Assembly (NCBI GenBank): GCA_951406725.2
Contig: OX597816.1
Coordinates: forward strand, 17,422,001 to 17,486,000
Source of the DNA: Octopus vulgaris
Taxonomy: Eukaryota
Reading direction: 5' to 3'
DNA length: 64,000 nt
Below the pieces are notes generated by a model. That model did no database searches, was not told where the DNA came from, and saw only the letters and a program-made list of their open reading frames with translations. Positions 27,843 through 41,605 of this stretch are shown here, one piece after another. Made by a program: the position numbers and the translations under genes. Positions within the stretch are counted from its first letter, which is position 1, and the number at the start of each line of letters is the position of its first letter.

Positions 27843-28356
27843 GCGTTCACACATATACAAATCCATATACATACATACATACACACACATACATATACAC
27901 ACACATATATATATATATTCCCAAAATGGAGGCGAACGCCTTACTCCATCTCGTCTTCAGATTACCTGGAGCTGTATACCAATCAAAAACACCTTTTGTT
28001 AGCCTGGTGTATTTGCATTAGCAGAGAACTTAAGAAGTGTTTTGCCCAAATAGATAATATACATATATTTCTTACCTACAGTATCTTATTTGCATGAGGA
28101 AACAGCAAGTGACAGGATTAAGGAAGAGTAAAAGAAAATACGAAAATTCCATAAGACCCAAGAAGAAGGAAGATAGCAAGGGGAAGTTAAGTCTTTTCTT
28201 AGAAAATATGCGCAATATCTTATATCAGAAATGCCAATGATTATAGGCTGTGGCTGAGATGGCAGATGAGGGGCTTCAGAGAGACATTTGAAAGGTGGTA
28301 TACACACAATAAATACATACACACACTCATATAAATAAACACATGATGCAGTCCTT

Positions 28357-29428
<1,072 letters not shown>

Positions 29429-29549
29429 AGAGAAAGCTTCTCCAAACTACTGGTCATATAGCGATCAACTTGCTTTGAGGTTATGCAAGCCTTTTAAGCT
29501 CCAAGCCACTTTCATTATTTGAAATGTCATGTACAACCGAAAGCCGAGA

Positions 29550-29732
29550 TCAATCAAAAAAGGGGGGCAGAAAAGCTGAGCTACATCTAAATCTTAATCT
29601 AATTTTCTTCTGGTTACATTGGTTCGTCCATCGAGGTGATGATGTATAAATGAACGACAGAAGCAATATTGTAGCTGCTACACACACTACTGAGACAAAC
29701 ATAGACTTAAAAGTGTTAACTTTGGACTCCAT
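29550..29732 (-). CDS. Possible first coding exon or small ORF of a type II membrane protein
   Basis: MESKVNTFKSMFVSVVCVAATILLLSFIYTSSPRW: short N-tail plus ~19-aa hydrophobic helix in unique sequence; no strong splice donor found. Confidence 0.25.
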   Translation of the reverse strand: MESKVNTFKSMFVSVVCVAATILLLSFIYTSSPRWTNQCNQKKIRLRFRCSSAFLPPFFD

Positions 29733-30379
29733 TTTCAATAATAATTGGCCATAATCACAAGTGATTACCATTGATCTACTTCAAATTGAATCAGATGTTA
29801 AGCAAAATTGCCCCCCCTGTTTTCTTGCTATCTTGTCCTTCTTTTCTTGGTTGGTGATTGGAATCACGAAGAATGCATTTAAATATCAATGACCAGGTCA
29901 TCGCAGGTGAACTCTTTAGTAATATTTTGTAGTTCACAGAGACTATTGTGCAGTTCTTTGATAAGAAGTCAATAATAAGAAATCTATAATATTATGTATA
30001 TAGTCGAATATAACTAACAGTATTTGTGAATTTGTAAGCAAGCTAAATACTGTATGTGTCACTGTGTTAAAAGAAAAATCCTTAGACCTTATACTCAGCA
30101 TATAAATATATGATGCTTACAATACTGTGTACAATAACAAATATATCATAAAAAGGTCAATATGAAGAGATGGATGTATGACCCTCAATATTCATTAACT
30201 AGACGGTATAAACCAGACTGTTAAGTTGATTGTTAATGGTCTAAAATGCATCAACAGATCTCAGAACAGATAGCATTGATTAACTGACAATTGAAAGGAT
30301 AATAATGGAACAAGTCAGTAATAATATTTTTGTGTTGTATCTTGGGAGGGTCACTGTGTCAATAATAAACATATGCACT

Positions 30380-30830
30380 GAGGCAAGTGTAAACAAATCG
30401 AAATCGCTGACGTGGCCGATGACAGTGCTGCCTGATTGGTTCTCGTGCCAGTGGAACGTTAAAAGCATATCTGAACGTGGGGTGTAACCTGTCCACTTAT
30501 GAGTACCACTCATTCATTGGACAATGAACTTTGCTTTCAAAGACCTATTGAGGCAAGAGTAAACAAATCAAAATCGCTGACGTGGCCGATGACAGTGCCG
30601 CCTGATTGGTTCTCATGCCAGTGGAATATTAAAAGCACATCCGAACGTGGGGTATAACCGGCCCACTTATGAGTACTCCTCATTCATTGGACAATGAACT
30701 TTGCGTGCAAAGACCTATTGAGGCAAGTGTAAACAAATCAAAATTGCTGATGTGGCCGATGACAGTGCCGCCTGATTGGCTCTCGTGCCAGTGGAATGTT
30801 AAAAGCACATCCGAGCGTGATCGTTGCCAG
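30380..30830 (+). repeat. Tandem array, ~2.6 x 170 bp, family C 5' region
   Basis: gaggcaagwgtaaacaaatc recurs at 30380, 30550 and 30720. Confidence 0.85.
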
Positions 30831-30886
30831 GGCCATGGATTGGCTCCCATGCCAGTGACACGTGAAAGGCTAGCCTGCTGCCTTAC

Positions 30887-31297
30887 TTATTTCTTATTTC
30901 TTTATTACCCACAAGGGGCTAAACATTAGAGGGGACAAACAGATTAAGTCGATTACATCGATCCCAGTGCATAACTGGTACTTATTTAATCGACCCCGAA
31001 AGGATGAAAGGCAAAGTCGACCTCGGCGGAATTTGAACTCAGAACGTAGCAGCAGACGAAATACCTATTTCTTTACTACCCACAAGGGACTAAACATAGA
31101 GTGGACAAACAAGGACAGACAAACGGATAAAGTTAATTACATCGACCCCAGTGCGTAACTGGTACTTAATTTATCGACCCCTAAAGGATGAAAGGCAAAG
31201 TCGACCTCTGCGGAATTTTAACTCAGAACGTAACCGCAGACGAAATACCACTAAGCATTTCGCCCGGCGTGTTAACGTTTCTACCAGCTCGCTGCCT
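30887..31297 (-). mobile_element. SINE-B dimer with ~20-bp TSD
   Basis: aaggctagcctgctgccttac (30866-30886) versus aaggcagcctactgtcttac (31306-31325). Confidence 0.85.
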
Positions 31298-31339
31298 TTC
31301 ATTGTAAGGCAGCCTACTGTCTTACATTGGCTTAAAAAT

Positions 31340-32150
31340 GATGAAGTAATTTTACTCGATTTTTCATTATTTCAAAAATTAATTGGAACAAAGGCAGTGT
31401 ATTTCAGCAGAAATATGGCAAAAAAGTGTTAAATTAAAACCTTTAATCAAAATTTCATGTTAATTCATTTTCTAAACACGAGCTTATTGGTGACAAAATT
31501 ATTTCGCTAAAATTTTCATTCTTGAATTTCAAAAGAAATATGATGGCAGAAAGGTTAAAATTATCTAAATAAAAAAACCTTCCATTAAAATTTTGTTAAG
31601 TTATTCCAAATCCAAGCTTATAGTGACAATGTTATTTTGCTAAATTCTTCATTATTTTAAAAATTAATTGAAACACAAGCAGTATATTTTAAAAGAAATT
31701 TACAAACAAAAATGTTAAATTCATCTAAATAAAATCCTTTCAATAAATTTTATGTAAAGTTCTTCCAACTTTACATCTTAACGACAATATTATTTTACTA
31801 AATTCTTGCTTATTTTAAAAATTAATTGAAACTAAGCCAGTGTATTTAATAAGAAATTTACACACAAAAGTTAAAAGTCTTCTAAATAAAAACTTTCCAA
31901 TAAATTTTGTGTCAAGTTATTCCAAATACCAGCTTAATAATGACAATATTATTTTACTAAATTCTTCCTTATTTTAAAAATTAATTGAAACGAAGCCAGT
32001 GTATTTGAAAAGAAATTTACAAACAAAAGTTTAAAGTCTTCGAAATAATAACCTTCCAATAAATTTTGTGTCAAGTTATTCCAAATACCAACTTAATAAT
32101 CACAATGTTATTTTACTAAATTCTTCCTAATTTTGGAAAATTAATTGACA
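31340..32150. repeat. AT-rich tandem repeat, ~159-bp period
   Basis: aattaattga recurs near 31661, 31820, 31979 and 32140; a related fragment lies at 33320-33395 (minus). Confidence 0.8.
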
Positions 32151-32916
32151 AAGGCGTATGTTTCGAGTGAAAAATAGCTTAACAAAAGTGAAAATACTAA
32201 AGCCGGGTTTCCTTATTATTCTTAACATTGACAGTAAACAAATACTTATAAAGACAATTGAACTGTATTACGTAATATTTTCCCAGGTATTTGTCATGTT
32301 AGTAACTGAATCTAATTTGATGGTTTAGAATAATGGTTTAGAACTTCTGAAAAGTCTCTAGTGAGAGAGATAAGCTGATTACCATTAATCACAATTTCTT
32401 TAAACATGAAGCGAATGTTGCAACAATGTTGTTGAGTAGTGCTAGTTAGCTCTTCTTTGGCAGAAATTTATGGTGACCACTTGGCAGAGGTATGTACATT
32501 GAGAACATAAAATTTGCTATACTCTGTCTTATTGTGGTTATAACAGAGATTTGATGTAATATATGTGTTGTTACGACGATTGCGATAATTTGACTTCTTT
32601 TGGTTGTATTATTTAACATCTAGTTTCTTGAAGCATCATAAATAACAGACACGAATGTAGAAGAGTTTTAAATTCACCTTTATAAATCAGTATCTTTTGT
32701 CTTTCACCTGTTTCAGTCATTAGACCGTGGCCATGCTGGGGCACCACCATTGAGAATTTCTCGTCGAATGTATCAACCCCTGGACTTATTCTTATCTGAA
32801 GCTAAGTACTTATTATATCAGTCTGTTTAGCTGAACTGTAAACACACCAACACTGGTTGTTCAGTGGCAGTGGGAGACAAATACACACACACGTGCGCAC
32901 ACGCGCACACACATGT

Positions 32917-33310
32917 ATCGAAATCAAATCAAATTCGCAAATTCAATGACTGGCACCCGTGCCAGTGGAGCCAACCACTCTGGGAGTGTAGTGGGTGCTT
33001 TTACGTTCCACCGGCATGAGGGCCAGTCAGGCAGTACTGGCAATGGCCACGCTCAAATGGTGCTTTCTGTGTGCCACACGCACAGGAGCCAGTCCAGCGG
33101 CACTGGCAACGATCTCTCTCGAATGTTTTTTTAATGTGCCACCAGCACAAGTGCCAGTAAGGCGACGCAGGTAACGATCACGTTCGAATGGTGCTTTTTA
33201 CGTGCAGCCAGCATGGAACCCAGTTTATTGCTCTGGCAACGATAAGGCTCAGATGGTACTCTTAGCGCTCCACTAGCACAGATACCAGTCATCGAATTTG
33301 ATTTCGATTT
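32917..33310 (-). mobile_element. SINE-like family C, with a short inverted 5' piece
   Basis: Reverse complement of the 22606-22940 modules. Confidence 0.75.
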
Positions 33311-33401
33311 CTGTGTTTCTTTCAATTAATTTTAGATATAACAAAGAATTTAGTAAAATAACTTAGTTATCAAGCTAGTGTTAAGAACATAAATTGTACG
33401 A

Positions 33402-34361
33402 ATACAAGTTGGGTCACTCTGCCACGAAAGCTCTATGAAACATCAAGCGGTTTTTTGATAATGATTCTGTCGACATTAGAACTGTTCAGAGAAGGTTCCA
33501 AAGATTTCGTTCAGGAGATGAAAGCCATAAAAATGAATCAAGAGGGAGACCAAAATCAATTGTTCGACATGATGAATTGAATGCTTTGGTTAAATGAAAT
33601 CCAAGAACAACGGTCTGAAAAACCGGATCAGAGCTCCAGACATCTCCTGTAACTGCTTCTTGATATTTGAAGAAAATTAGAAAAGTCAAAAAGATGGTTA
33701 GGTTTTTTCTCCATCAACGTAATGAGTTTCAAAGAAACACGCGGTTTACAGTGCGTTTCATGTTGATTTCTTGTTTGGAAAGAGAACTATTTTTGCATCG
33801 ACTCATTACGTGTGATGAGAAATGGATACTCTTTGATAACAATAGGAGGACAGGACAAAGGTTAGACGCAGGAGAGTCACCAAAACACTAACCAAAACCA
33901 CCATAGCACACCAAAAAGTCGATGGTCATTGTATGGTAGTCAACAAAGGTGGTTATTCATTATTCATTTTTGCAACAAGGAAAAACTTTGACAGCAACAT
34001 CCTATTGTCAGGAAATTGATTGTATGCATGAAAAATTAAATAAAGAAGCAACCCAGATTAGTGTAAAGAGATGACCCAATTTTACTTCATGATAAAGCAT
34101 GGCCTCACACTTCTCAAGCTGAGGTCCACAAGTTGCAAAGCCTGAATAATGAAATTTTGGCTCATCCTGGTATCTCTCCTACTGTTTATCATATATTTAA
34201 ACACTTTGAGTTTGCTATATGCAATAAAACATTCTTAAGTAAAGAAGAGGTAATTGAAGTATTCAAACAGTAAAAGATGACAAATTCTTTGAAGATGGAA
34301 TATATGCCTTAGAGGAACGTTGCATGAAGGTTATAAATGAACAAGGATCATATTTCGATTA
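33402..34361 (+). pseudogene. Mariner (DD34D-type) transposase fossil
   Basis: QRFRSGD..RGRP, TCDEKWILFDN, MVIVW, PILLHD, EILAHP and terminal GSYFD*; many stops and frameshifts. Confidence 0.9.
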
Positions 34362-34608
34362 AATAAATAAATATTCTAAAACTTAAAATATATATACCTA
34401 TATATATAAGAAAATAGAGGGGATCAATAGGTAGTATTTATCAACTTTTAGGCATAATATCATATCAATTTATTTATTTATTTATTTACTAAAATGAAAA
34501 TTACAACAATATACATGCTTGTATAACATATTATGGTTTACATATATAATATAAAGATACCAGTAATTACTAAAATATATACCATACAGGAATAGAAATT
34601 GGGAAAAT

Positions 34609-34732
34609 ATTTTACAGCTGTTTCAGCTAAGAGGCAAAAATACCTCATTCTACCTTTATCACTCCAGTAGAATGAAGTAATTAGTAGATGAAATTAAGGT
34701 ACTCGGGTGTTTCTCTAGGCTTCGTCAGAGAT
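34609..34732 (-). ncRNA. Type-I hammerhead ribozyme with extended stem II
   Basis: Minus strand: atct CTGACGA agcctagag...ctcttagct GAAA cagctg TA aaat; internal 13-bp hairpin tacttcattctac/gtagaatgaggta. Confidence 0.7.
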
Positions 34733-35590
34733 CCATCTATCCATCTATCTATCTATCTCTCTATCTATCTCTCTATCTATCTCTCTATCTATCTCTCTAT
34801 CTCTCTCTCTATATATAAATATATATATGTACAATGGGCTTCTTTCAGTTTCTGTCTACCAAATCCATTCACAAAGCAATTGTTGGCCTGAGTCTATAGT
34901 AGAAATCATTTGCCTAAGGTTCCACACAGTGAGACTGAACCCAGAACCATGTGATTGAGAAGCAAGTTTCTTACCACACAGCCATGCCTGCACCTTCATG
35001 TTTAGGATTTGAACTTAATACTTATGAGCAAACAGTTCCATTAATTTTTTTTTCAGTGAAACCATTCCACTTTGGCAACTCTGATCTTGTAAATGCGAAC
35101 AATTTAATTGGTCAAACACGGTTAATTTTGTTAGTTCAGCTGCCTCAGTTCCTTGATACCACATCAACTTTTTCCCTTGGCCTAATTCTATTTGAATCAA
35201 CAATCAACGGAAGATATTTTCTTTTTTATCATACATACACCAACAGATTTCTTCACTTCCTCCTTCTCTCTCATATATATATACACACCTATACATGATA
35301 CATACATACATGCATACATATATAAACACACACAGATACATATCTATGCATAGACATAAACACACACATATGCACAAACTCTTACACAGGTCCATGTGTA
35401 CACAAGCACTTTAACACACAAACACTCACACACATTCATGTATACACATTCACATATACATACAAAAGTTACACACACATACACACATCTGTACATATAC
35501 AAACAGCAGGATATATGCATATCTGTCTGTCTATTTATTTATCTGTCTAACTATCTATCTAGCTAAATATTATATATCTCGCTTGCTAGC

Positions 35591-35620
<30 letters not shown>

Positions 35621-35625
<5 letters not shown>

Positions 35626-36524
35626 TCAATGGGCAGACAGAAACAAAATGCAACTGAACGAGGGAAAATTTGAGCTGATGCATTTTGGAAGAAATTCCTC
35701 ACTAAAACAGCCATACTCTCTTCCTTCAGGGGAACCACTCACAGCCTCTAACAATATCAGAGACCTGGGTGTAATTGTTGATGACGATCTCAGTTGGAGT
35801 GCACACATCAACAATAAGGTCGATATAGCTCGTAGGATGAGTTCCTGGATCTTAAGAACTTTCCGGTCCAGAGAACAAGGTGTCATCATACCACTTTTCT
35901 CCTCCTTTGTACGGCCACACCTCGAATACTGCTGCCCACTGTGGTCTCCTCATACAAGACAAAACATCTCGAGGATTGAATCACCCCAGAGGGCACTCAC
36001 TAAACGAATTGAAGGCATGGCTGCTCTCGATTATTGGGACCGCCTTAAAGCCTTGAAACTTTACTCTCTCCAGCGTCGCCGTGAGCGGTACATCATTTGT
36101 ACGATGTGGAGAATATACCGCCAACTTTGCCCAAACGACCTGAACATTAGCTTCAAGGTTCATCCAAGACTGGGACCACGGACCATACGTCCCCTGCCCA
36201 ATTCAAGATCACATCATACATGTACACTGCAACATAATTTCTTTTCCTCAACAGGCCCTGCCCTGTTTAACGTTGTCCCGAAAGAGATCAAAGAGGAAAA
36301 GGATCCCATCAACTTTAAACAGAGTCTGGATAGATTCCTTCAAAGAATACCAGATAAGCCACCCATAATTGGATACAACTCACCCAACAAAAACTCACTA
36401 CTTGAATGGACCATAAACAAAACTTGACTTAAACAGGATTCGAATAATCCTATCAGGTGGTGCTATTAAGTTAGACATGGCCTGGACCAATCTTTGGTCG
36501 AAACATATCTAAGTTCATCTAAGT
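35621..36524 (+). mobile_element. 5'-truncated CR1-group LINE: ORF2 C-terminus (35621-36427), 3' UTR stem-loop and repeat tail
   Basis: IRDLGVIVD, RPHLEYCCPLWSPH, IESPQR, YWDRLKALKLYSLQRRRER; 268 codons without a stop; hairpin gacca-atctt-tggtc; tail atctaagtt x2; (TA)n on both flanks. Confidence 0.9.
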
Positions 36525-36540
36525 TTATATATATATATAT

Positions 36541-36970
36541 AGGTACAGGTGTGACTGTGTGGTAAGTAGCTTGCTTACCAACCACATAGTTCCAGGTTCA
36601 GTTCCACTGCATGCCACCTTGGGCAAGTATCTTCTACTATAACCTTGGGCTGACCAAAGTCTTGTCCTTGTGAGTGGATTTGGTAAGCGGAAACTGAAAG
36701 AAGCCCGTTGTGTTTGTATATATATATATGTGTGTGTGTGTGTGTGCGTGCGTGTGTATGTTTGTGTGTCTGTATTTGTCCCTTGCAACATCGCTTGACA
36801 ACCGATGCTGGTGTGTTCGCATCCCTGTAACCACGTGGTTTGGCAAAAAAGACCGATAGAATAATTACTAGGCTTACAAAGAATAATTCTTGGGATCGAT
36901 TTGCTCTACTAAAGGTGTTGCTTCAGCATGGCCACAGTCAAATGACTGAATCAAGTAAAAGAATAAAAGA
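36541..36970 (+). mobile_element. SINE family A, full length
   Basis: Head to tail match to 49039-49453. Confidence 0.88.
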
Positions 36971-37619
36971 ATGTATATATGTATATACAGATACACATAA
37001 ACAGTTACACACATGCAGATGTACACACATATGCACACACACGTGCACACACACACATACACCCCCAAATACACACATGCATATGCTCATATACACATAT
37101 GCACACAATCCCTCAGACACACACATATATACAGATATATCCACTTGCACCACATACACAAACATGTACACAGACAAGTTTACATATAAACGGATATGCC
37201 CAAACACGCACAAACACACACACACACACACACACTCACACACACGTAATTTCTTCTGCGTATATATATATACATAGCTGTACTTTCAAAGTCTTCTCTT
37301 CTGTATCTGTTGTTAGTTTGACATTACATTAAGTTTGTTAATCCGAAACATATGCGGGAAAACACGCTTGTAGGTACTGTGGAATATTTCGGTGGTGCCA
37401 TCAAGTGATTCGTTTATATTTTTAGAACCAGTTCCAGAATAAAATAAACTTTTAGCTAATATATATATATATATATATATATTTTTTTTGGTTATAATCA
37501 CCCCACATAATTTTATGGGTAATACCATAAAAAATTCTGGTGCATCTAAATTAAGTACTATATTCATTTGAATCTAAATTAAGTACTATATTCATTTGAA
37601 TCTAAATTGTTTTGCTGAA

Positions 37620-37671
<52 letters not shown>

Positions 37672-37905
37672 GAGGGCATTATATACTTGCCAGAAGGCAT
37701 TATACATACATGCCAAACGCTGAGGGACAATTAGTCATTTCTACCAAAAATATTACTAATCCTACCGAATGCAATTTTTCAAAGTAAGACATTTAAAAAA
37801 TATATATATCACAGTGATTTCATACTTACGTACTCATAATGCATTATAAATAAACAACGACCCTGCCCGCTTAAGTTTTCCTTATTAAGTAGTTGTCCTT
37901 AATTG

Positions 37906-37946
<41 letters not shown>

Positions 37947-38065
37947 TAGATAGATAGATAGATATAGTCGCGTGTGTGTCTTTGGGTAACGTTAACATTT
38001 TTATATTCAATATCATATACGTTTATAACTTACACACAAACATCACATGTATATATATACACAGA

Positions 38066-38110
<45 letters not shown>

Positions 38111-38475
38111 ATATATATATAAGCTAAAGTTTATTTCATTCCGGTACTGGTTCTCTGTGATTCTGATCTATTTTTCATTATTTTTCTAAAAATTCCCTAG
38201 CAAACACGGTTATAGAGCGTGCATACCGATGTAAACATTGGCAAAAACACACCTTTAGTTCATATAAGTAATCTCTATCAATATATATAATTTAAACATT
38301 AATTTTCTTTTTATATTTAACATTCACTAAAAAATATCCCTCCTCTTTCTATATGCTACTTCTGGCGTTATATCATATAACGTTTTTTTCAAACAATATT
38401 AATAACGTTCAGTAAATCACTATACATATCCATCATTTTCTGTTAAAATGTCTTATTGACGAGTTTCATTTCTTC

Positions 38476-38562
38476 ACTTCCCTGAAGAGAAGATTACATT
38501 GCTTTATACCATTTATTCCTTTGGAATAATATCAGTGAAACTTCGAAACATATGTCGGAAGT
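38476..38562 (+). ncRNA. Type-I hammerhead ribozyme, canonical core, GUC site
   Basis: acttcc CTGAAGA gaag...cttc GAAA catatg TC ggaagt; 6-bp stem I, palindromic stem III ACATATGT, inner hairpin ttattcc/ggaataa. Confidence 0.85.
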
Positions 38563-38588
38563 AAAAGTATATGAATTATACCTGCGTT

Positions 38589-38651
<63 letters not shown>

Positions 38652-38655
<4 letters not shown>

Positions 38656-38777
38656 TTTATTTCGCAATGAGATAAAAAACCAAGGCTGTGTAGATTTTAG
38701 AACAATTTATAGATCTATAAATGTTCTAAAATCTACACAGCCTTGGTTTTTTTTTATTTCATTACGAAATAAAATTT
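38652..38777. repeat. Fold-back palindrome, ~62-bp arms
   Basis: Centre ttataga|tctataa; aaccaaggctgtgtagattttagaaca is mirrored. Confidence 0.9.
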
Positions 38778-38916
38778 TCATATACACACGCTGACATATG
38801 ACCAACGTCTAACTCCTTATTCGCATAATCACCGAACTTAACTGCAGTCCATCTATATCACTTATTCAGCATTACCTGACACCTTTGGGTCTCAATGACA
38901 CCATTACCTTTTCATA

Positions 38917-38974
<58 letters not shown>

Positions 38975-38997
38975 AGGACAATCAGTAAGTTGTCATT

Positions 38998-39056
38998 ATA
39001 GTACTCGGAGTTTCGAATGTTGGAGCGAAGAGCTACGATGCATTCTCGTCGGATAT
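38998..39056 (-). ncRNA. Hammerhead-like motif, CCGACGA core
   Basis: Minus strand: atat CCGACGA gaatg...cattc GAAA ctc-c-gag TA ctat. Confidence 0.65.
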
Positions 39057-39309
39057 TAATGATAGCAGACGCTTTGAAAAACCGTTGAATAAAAGAGGTA
39101 GTTACTCTAATAGGTAGAAAAATAAAAAAGGATAAAAATGCACTCAACAATATTCTCACAATACATAGATATATAACCTCCTGCGTTCACAACATCTACA
39201 TACGTACACACTCACACAAACATATATATGTACATACACATATACACACAAATATATATGGGCACGTACATACTCATACATACACACATATCTACACACA
39301 CATGCACAC

Positions 39310-39357
<48 letters not shown>

Positions 39358-39422
39358 CTATATATGCATATAGATATATATTATTTATATATACATACAT
39401 ATATACATATATACATACACAC

Positions 39423-39528
<106 letters not shown>

Positions 39529-39789
39529 ATATAAATGATATATATCTATATGCATATATAAACACATATATGTACATACATACGTATATATGTATATAGC
39601 TATGCATATATCAGTACAGGACTTTACAAAAACTTAAACAAACATGAAATACGAAAAAAACTTTGGGTACGCAAAAAACGAGAGAAGCTTATGTCCAGTC
39701 GACGTAAGTCAAAACTCCCCTCATTCAGCTTTCTATTTCTTCAACAACACCCATGCTAGAGTCAACATAATTTGGTAGATGCTGGATTA

Positions 39790-40480
39790 ATCTTATAACT
39801 TAGAGAAATGGCTTTTTCTTGATATATCAGTAGAAAGTTGCAAATATTTAGCCTACTTTTGCATTTCCAGAATAAGTATACACTGGCACCTTAACAAAAC
39901 GCTACCTCACAGTGTTTGATAACTTTGTTGTAGTGAATAAAAATTACCCCCGTGACTGAATCGTGAAGTTGAACCCTTCAATTATAGAAGAAACTGGAAA
40001 ACCATATTTTGAGAAAATAAAGTATTAAAATTGGCATTTATAAGAATTTTCTAGGAATTGAAAATTGTTTTCTTGCTTTTAGTAAAAGTTACATACCTCA
40101 CAAACAGTTAAGAGACAACTTTCTTTGTTTTAGTATAGTTACTGAAACAGACTTGAATACTAAAAATAAGGCAATATGCATAAATACACTAGTTGTTCCT
40201 GTAATAAACTACAGTTATAATATTCTCATTTGGACGCTAAATGAACTAGCAAGATTACTTAGAAAACAAGAAAATAATGACTGCATTTAGAATACACCAC
40301 CTAGAATCAGATATAGAAAGATTATATTTATCACGAATACAGGAAGCTAACCACCGCCGGCAACAAGAAAATTATAATATAAAATATCGATTCAAGGAAT
40401 ATAAAAATATTTAGTAAAAAATAATGGAAAACTAACATAAATAGTTACAAAACATGAACAAAACAAAAGCAAACTGTTGT
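39790..40480 (+). pseudogene. Degenerate R4/Dong-like non-LTR retrotransposon fragment
   Basis: 40141-40345 translates TDLNTKNKAICINTLVVPVINYSYNILIWTLNELARL..KIMTAFRIHH..DIERLYLSR; outer bounds approximate. Confidence 0.65.
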
Positions 40481-40651
40481 CTGACTTGAAGGAAGCCAAT
40501 AAACACAAAACAGAGACAGAAATGACGACAGTGGTAAGGAGAAAGAAAAATTAACGGCAGAAATTGTGAAATAGTTAAAACGAAGATAAAACACTCTTAC
40601 TCCAGAATACCACATTTAAGCAATGGTATAAAAAAACCTTTCTACACAGGA

Positions 40652-41605
40652 TCAAGCATGACTGTGTGGTTAAGAAGCTTGCTTTGTAACCATGTGGTTT
40701 TGGGTTCAGTCCCACTGTTCGTCACCTTGGAAAGTGTCTTCTGCTAAAGCATGAAGTCTTGTGGATGAATTTGGTTAACGGAAACTGTGTGGATGTCCGT
40801 CGTATCCATACATGCACACACATGTGTGTGCGTATGTATGTGTCTCAGTGTTTGTCACCCATCACCACTTGATAACCGCTGTCGGTCTGTTTACGTCCCC
40901 GTAGCTTGACCCGTCATATAGATACATGCACACACATGTGTGGACGTATGTATGTGTTTTAGCGTTTGTGTTTGTTACCCATCACCACTTGATAACCGCT
41001 GTCGGTTTGTTTACGTTCAAGTAACTTGGCCCGTCGTATATATACATACACACACATGTGTGTGCGTATATATGTGTCTTAGTGTTTGTCATTCATCACC
41101 ACTTAATGACCGCTGTCGGTTTGTTTACGTCCCCGTAACTTGGCCCGTCGTATACATGCACGCACACACATGTGTGTGCGTATTTGTTTTATTTTTTGTT
41201 TGTCACAAACTACCACTTGGTAACCGCTGTCGGTTTGTTTACATCCCCGTAACGTGGCCCGCCGTATATATACATGCACATACATGTATGTGTCTTTCTG
41301 TCGGTTTGTTTACGTCCCTATAACTTGGCACGTGTGTACATACATGCACACACATGTGTGTGCGTATGTATGTGTCTTAGTGTTTGTGCTTGTGTTTGTC
41401 ACCCACCGCCACCACCATCACCACCACAACTTGATAACCGCTGACGGTTTGTTTACGTCCCCGTAACTTCGTTGTGCGGCAAAAGAGACCAATAGAATAA
41501 GTATTGGGGTCGAGTTGTCCAACTAAAACCTATCAGAACTTATCAATGTGGTGCCCCAGTATGGCCGTAATCTAATGATCGAAACAAGTAAAAGATGAAA
41601 GAAAG
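40652..41605 (+). mobile_element. SINE family A with its middle segment expanded into ~6 tandem units of ~120 bp
   Basis: gtcggtttgtttacgtccccgtaac-type module repeated between 40790 and 41470. Confidence 0.8.
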
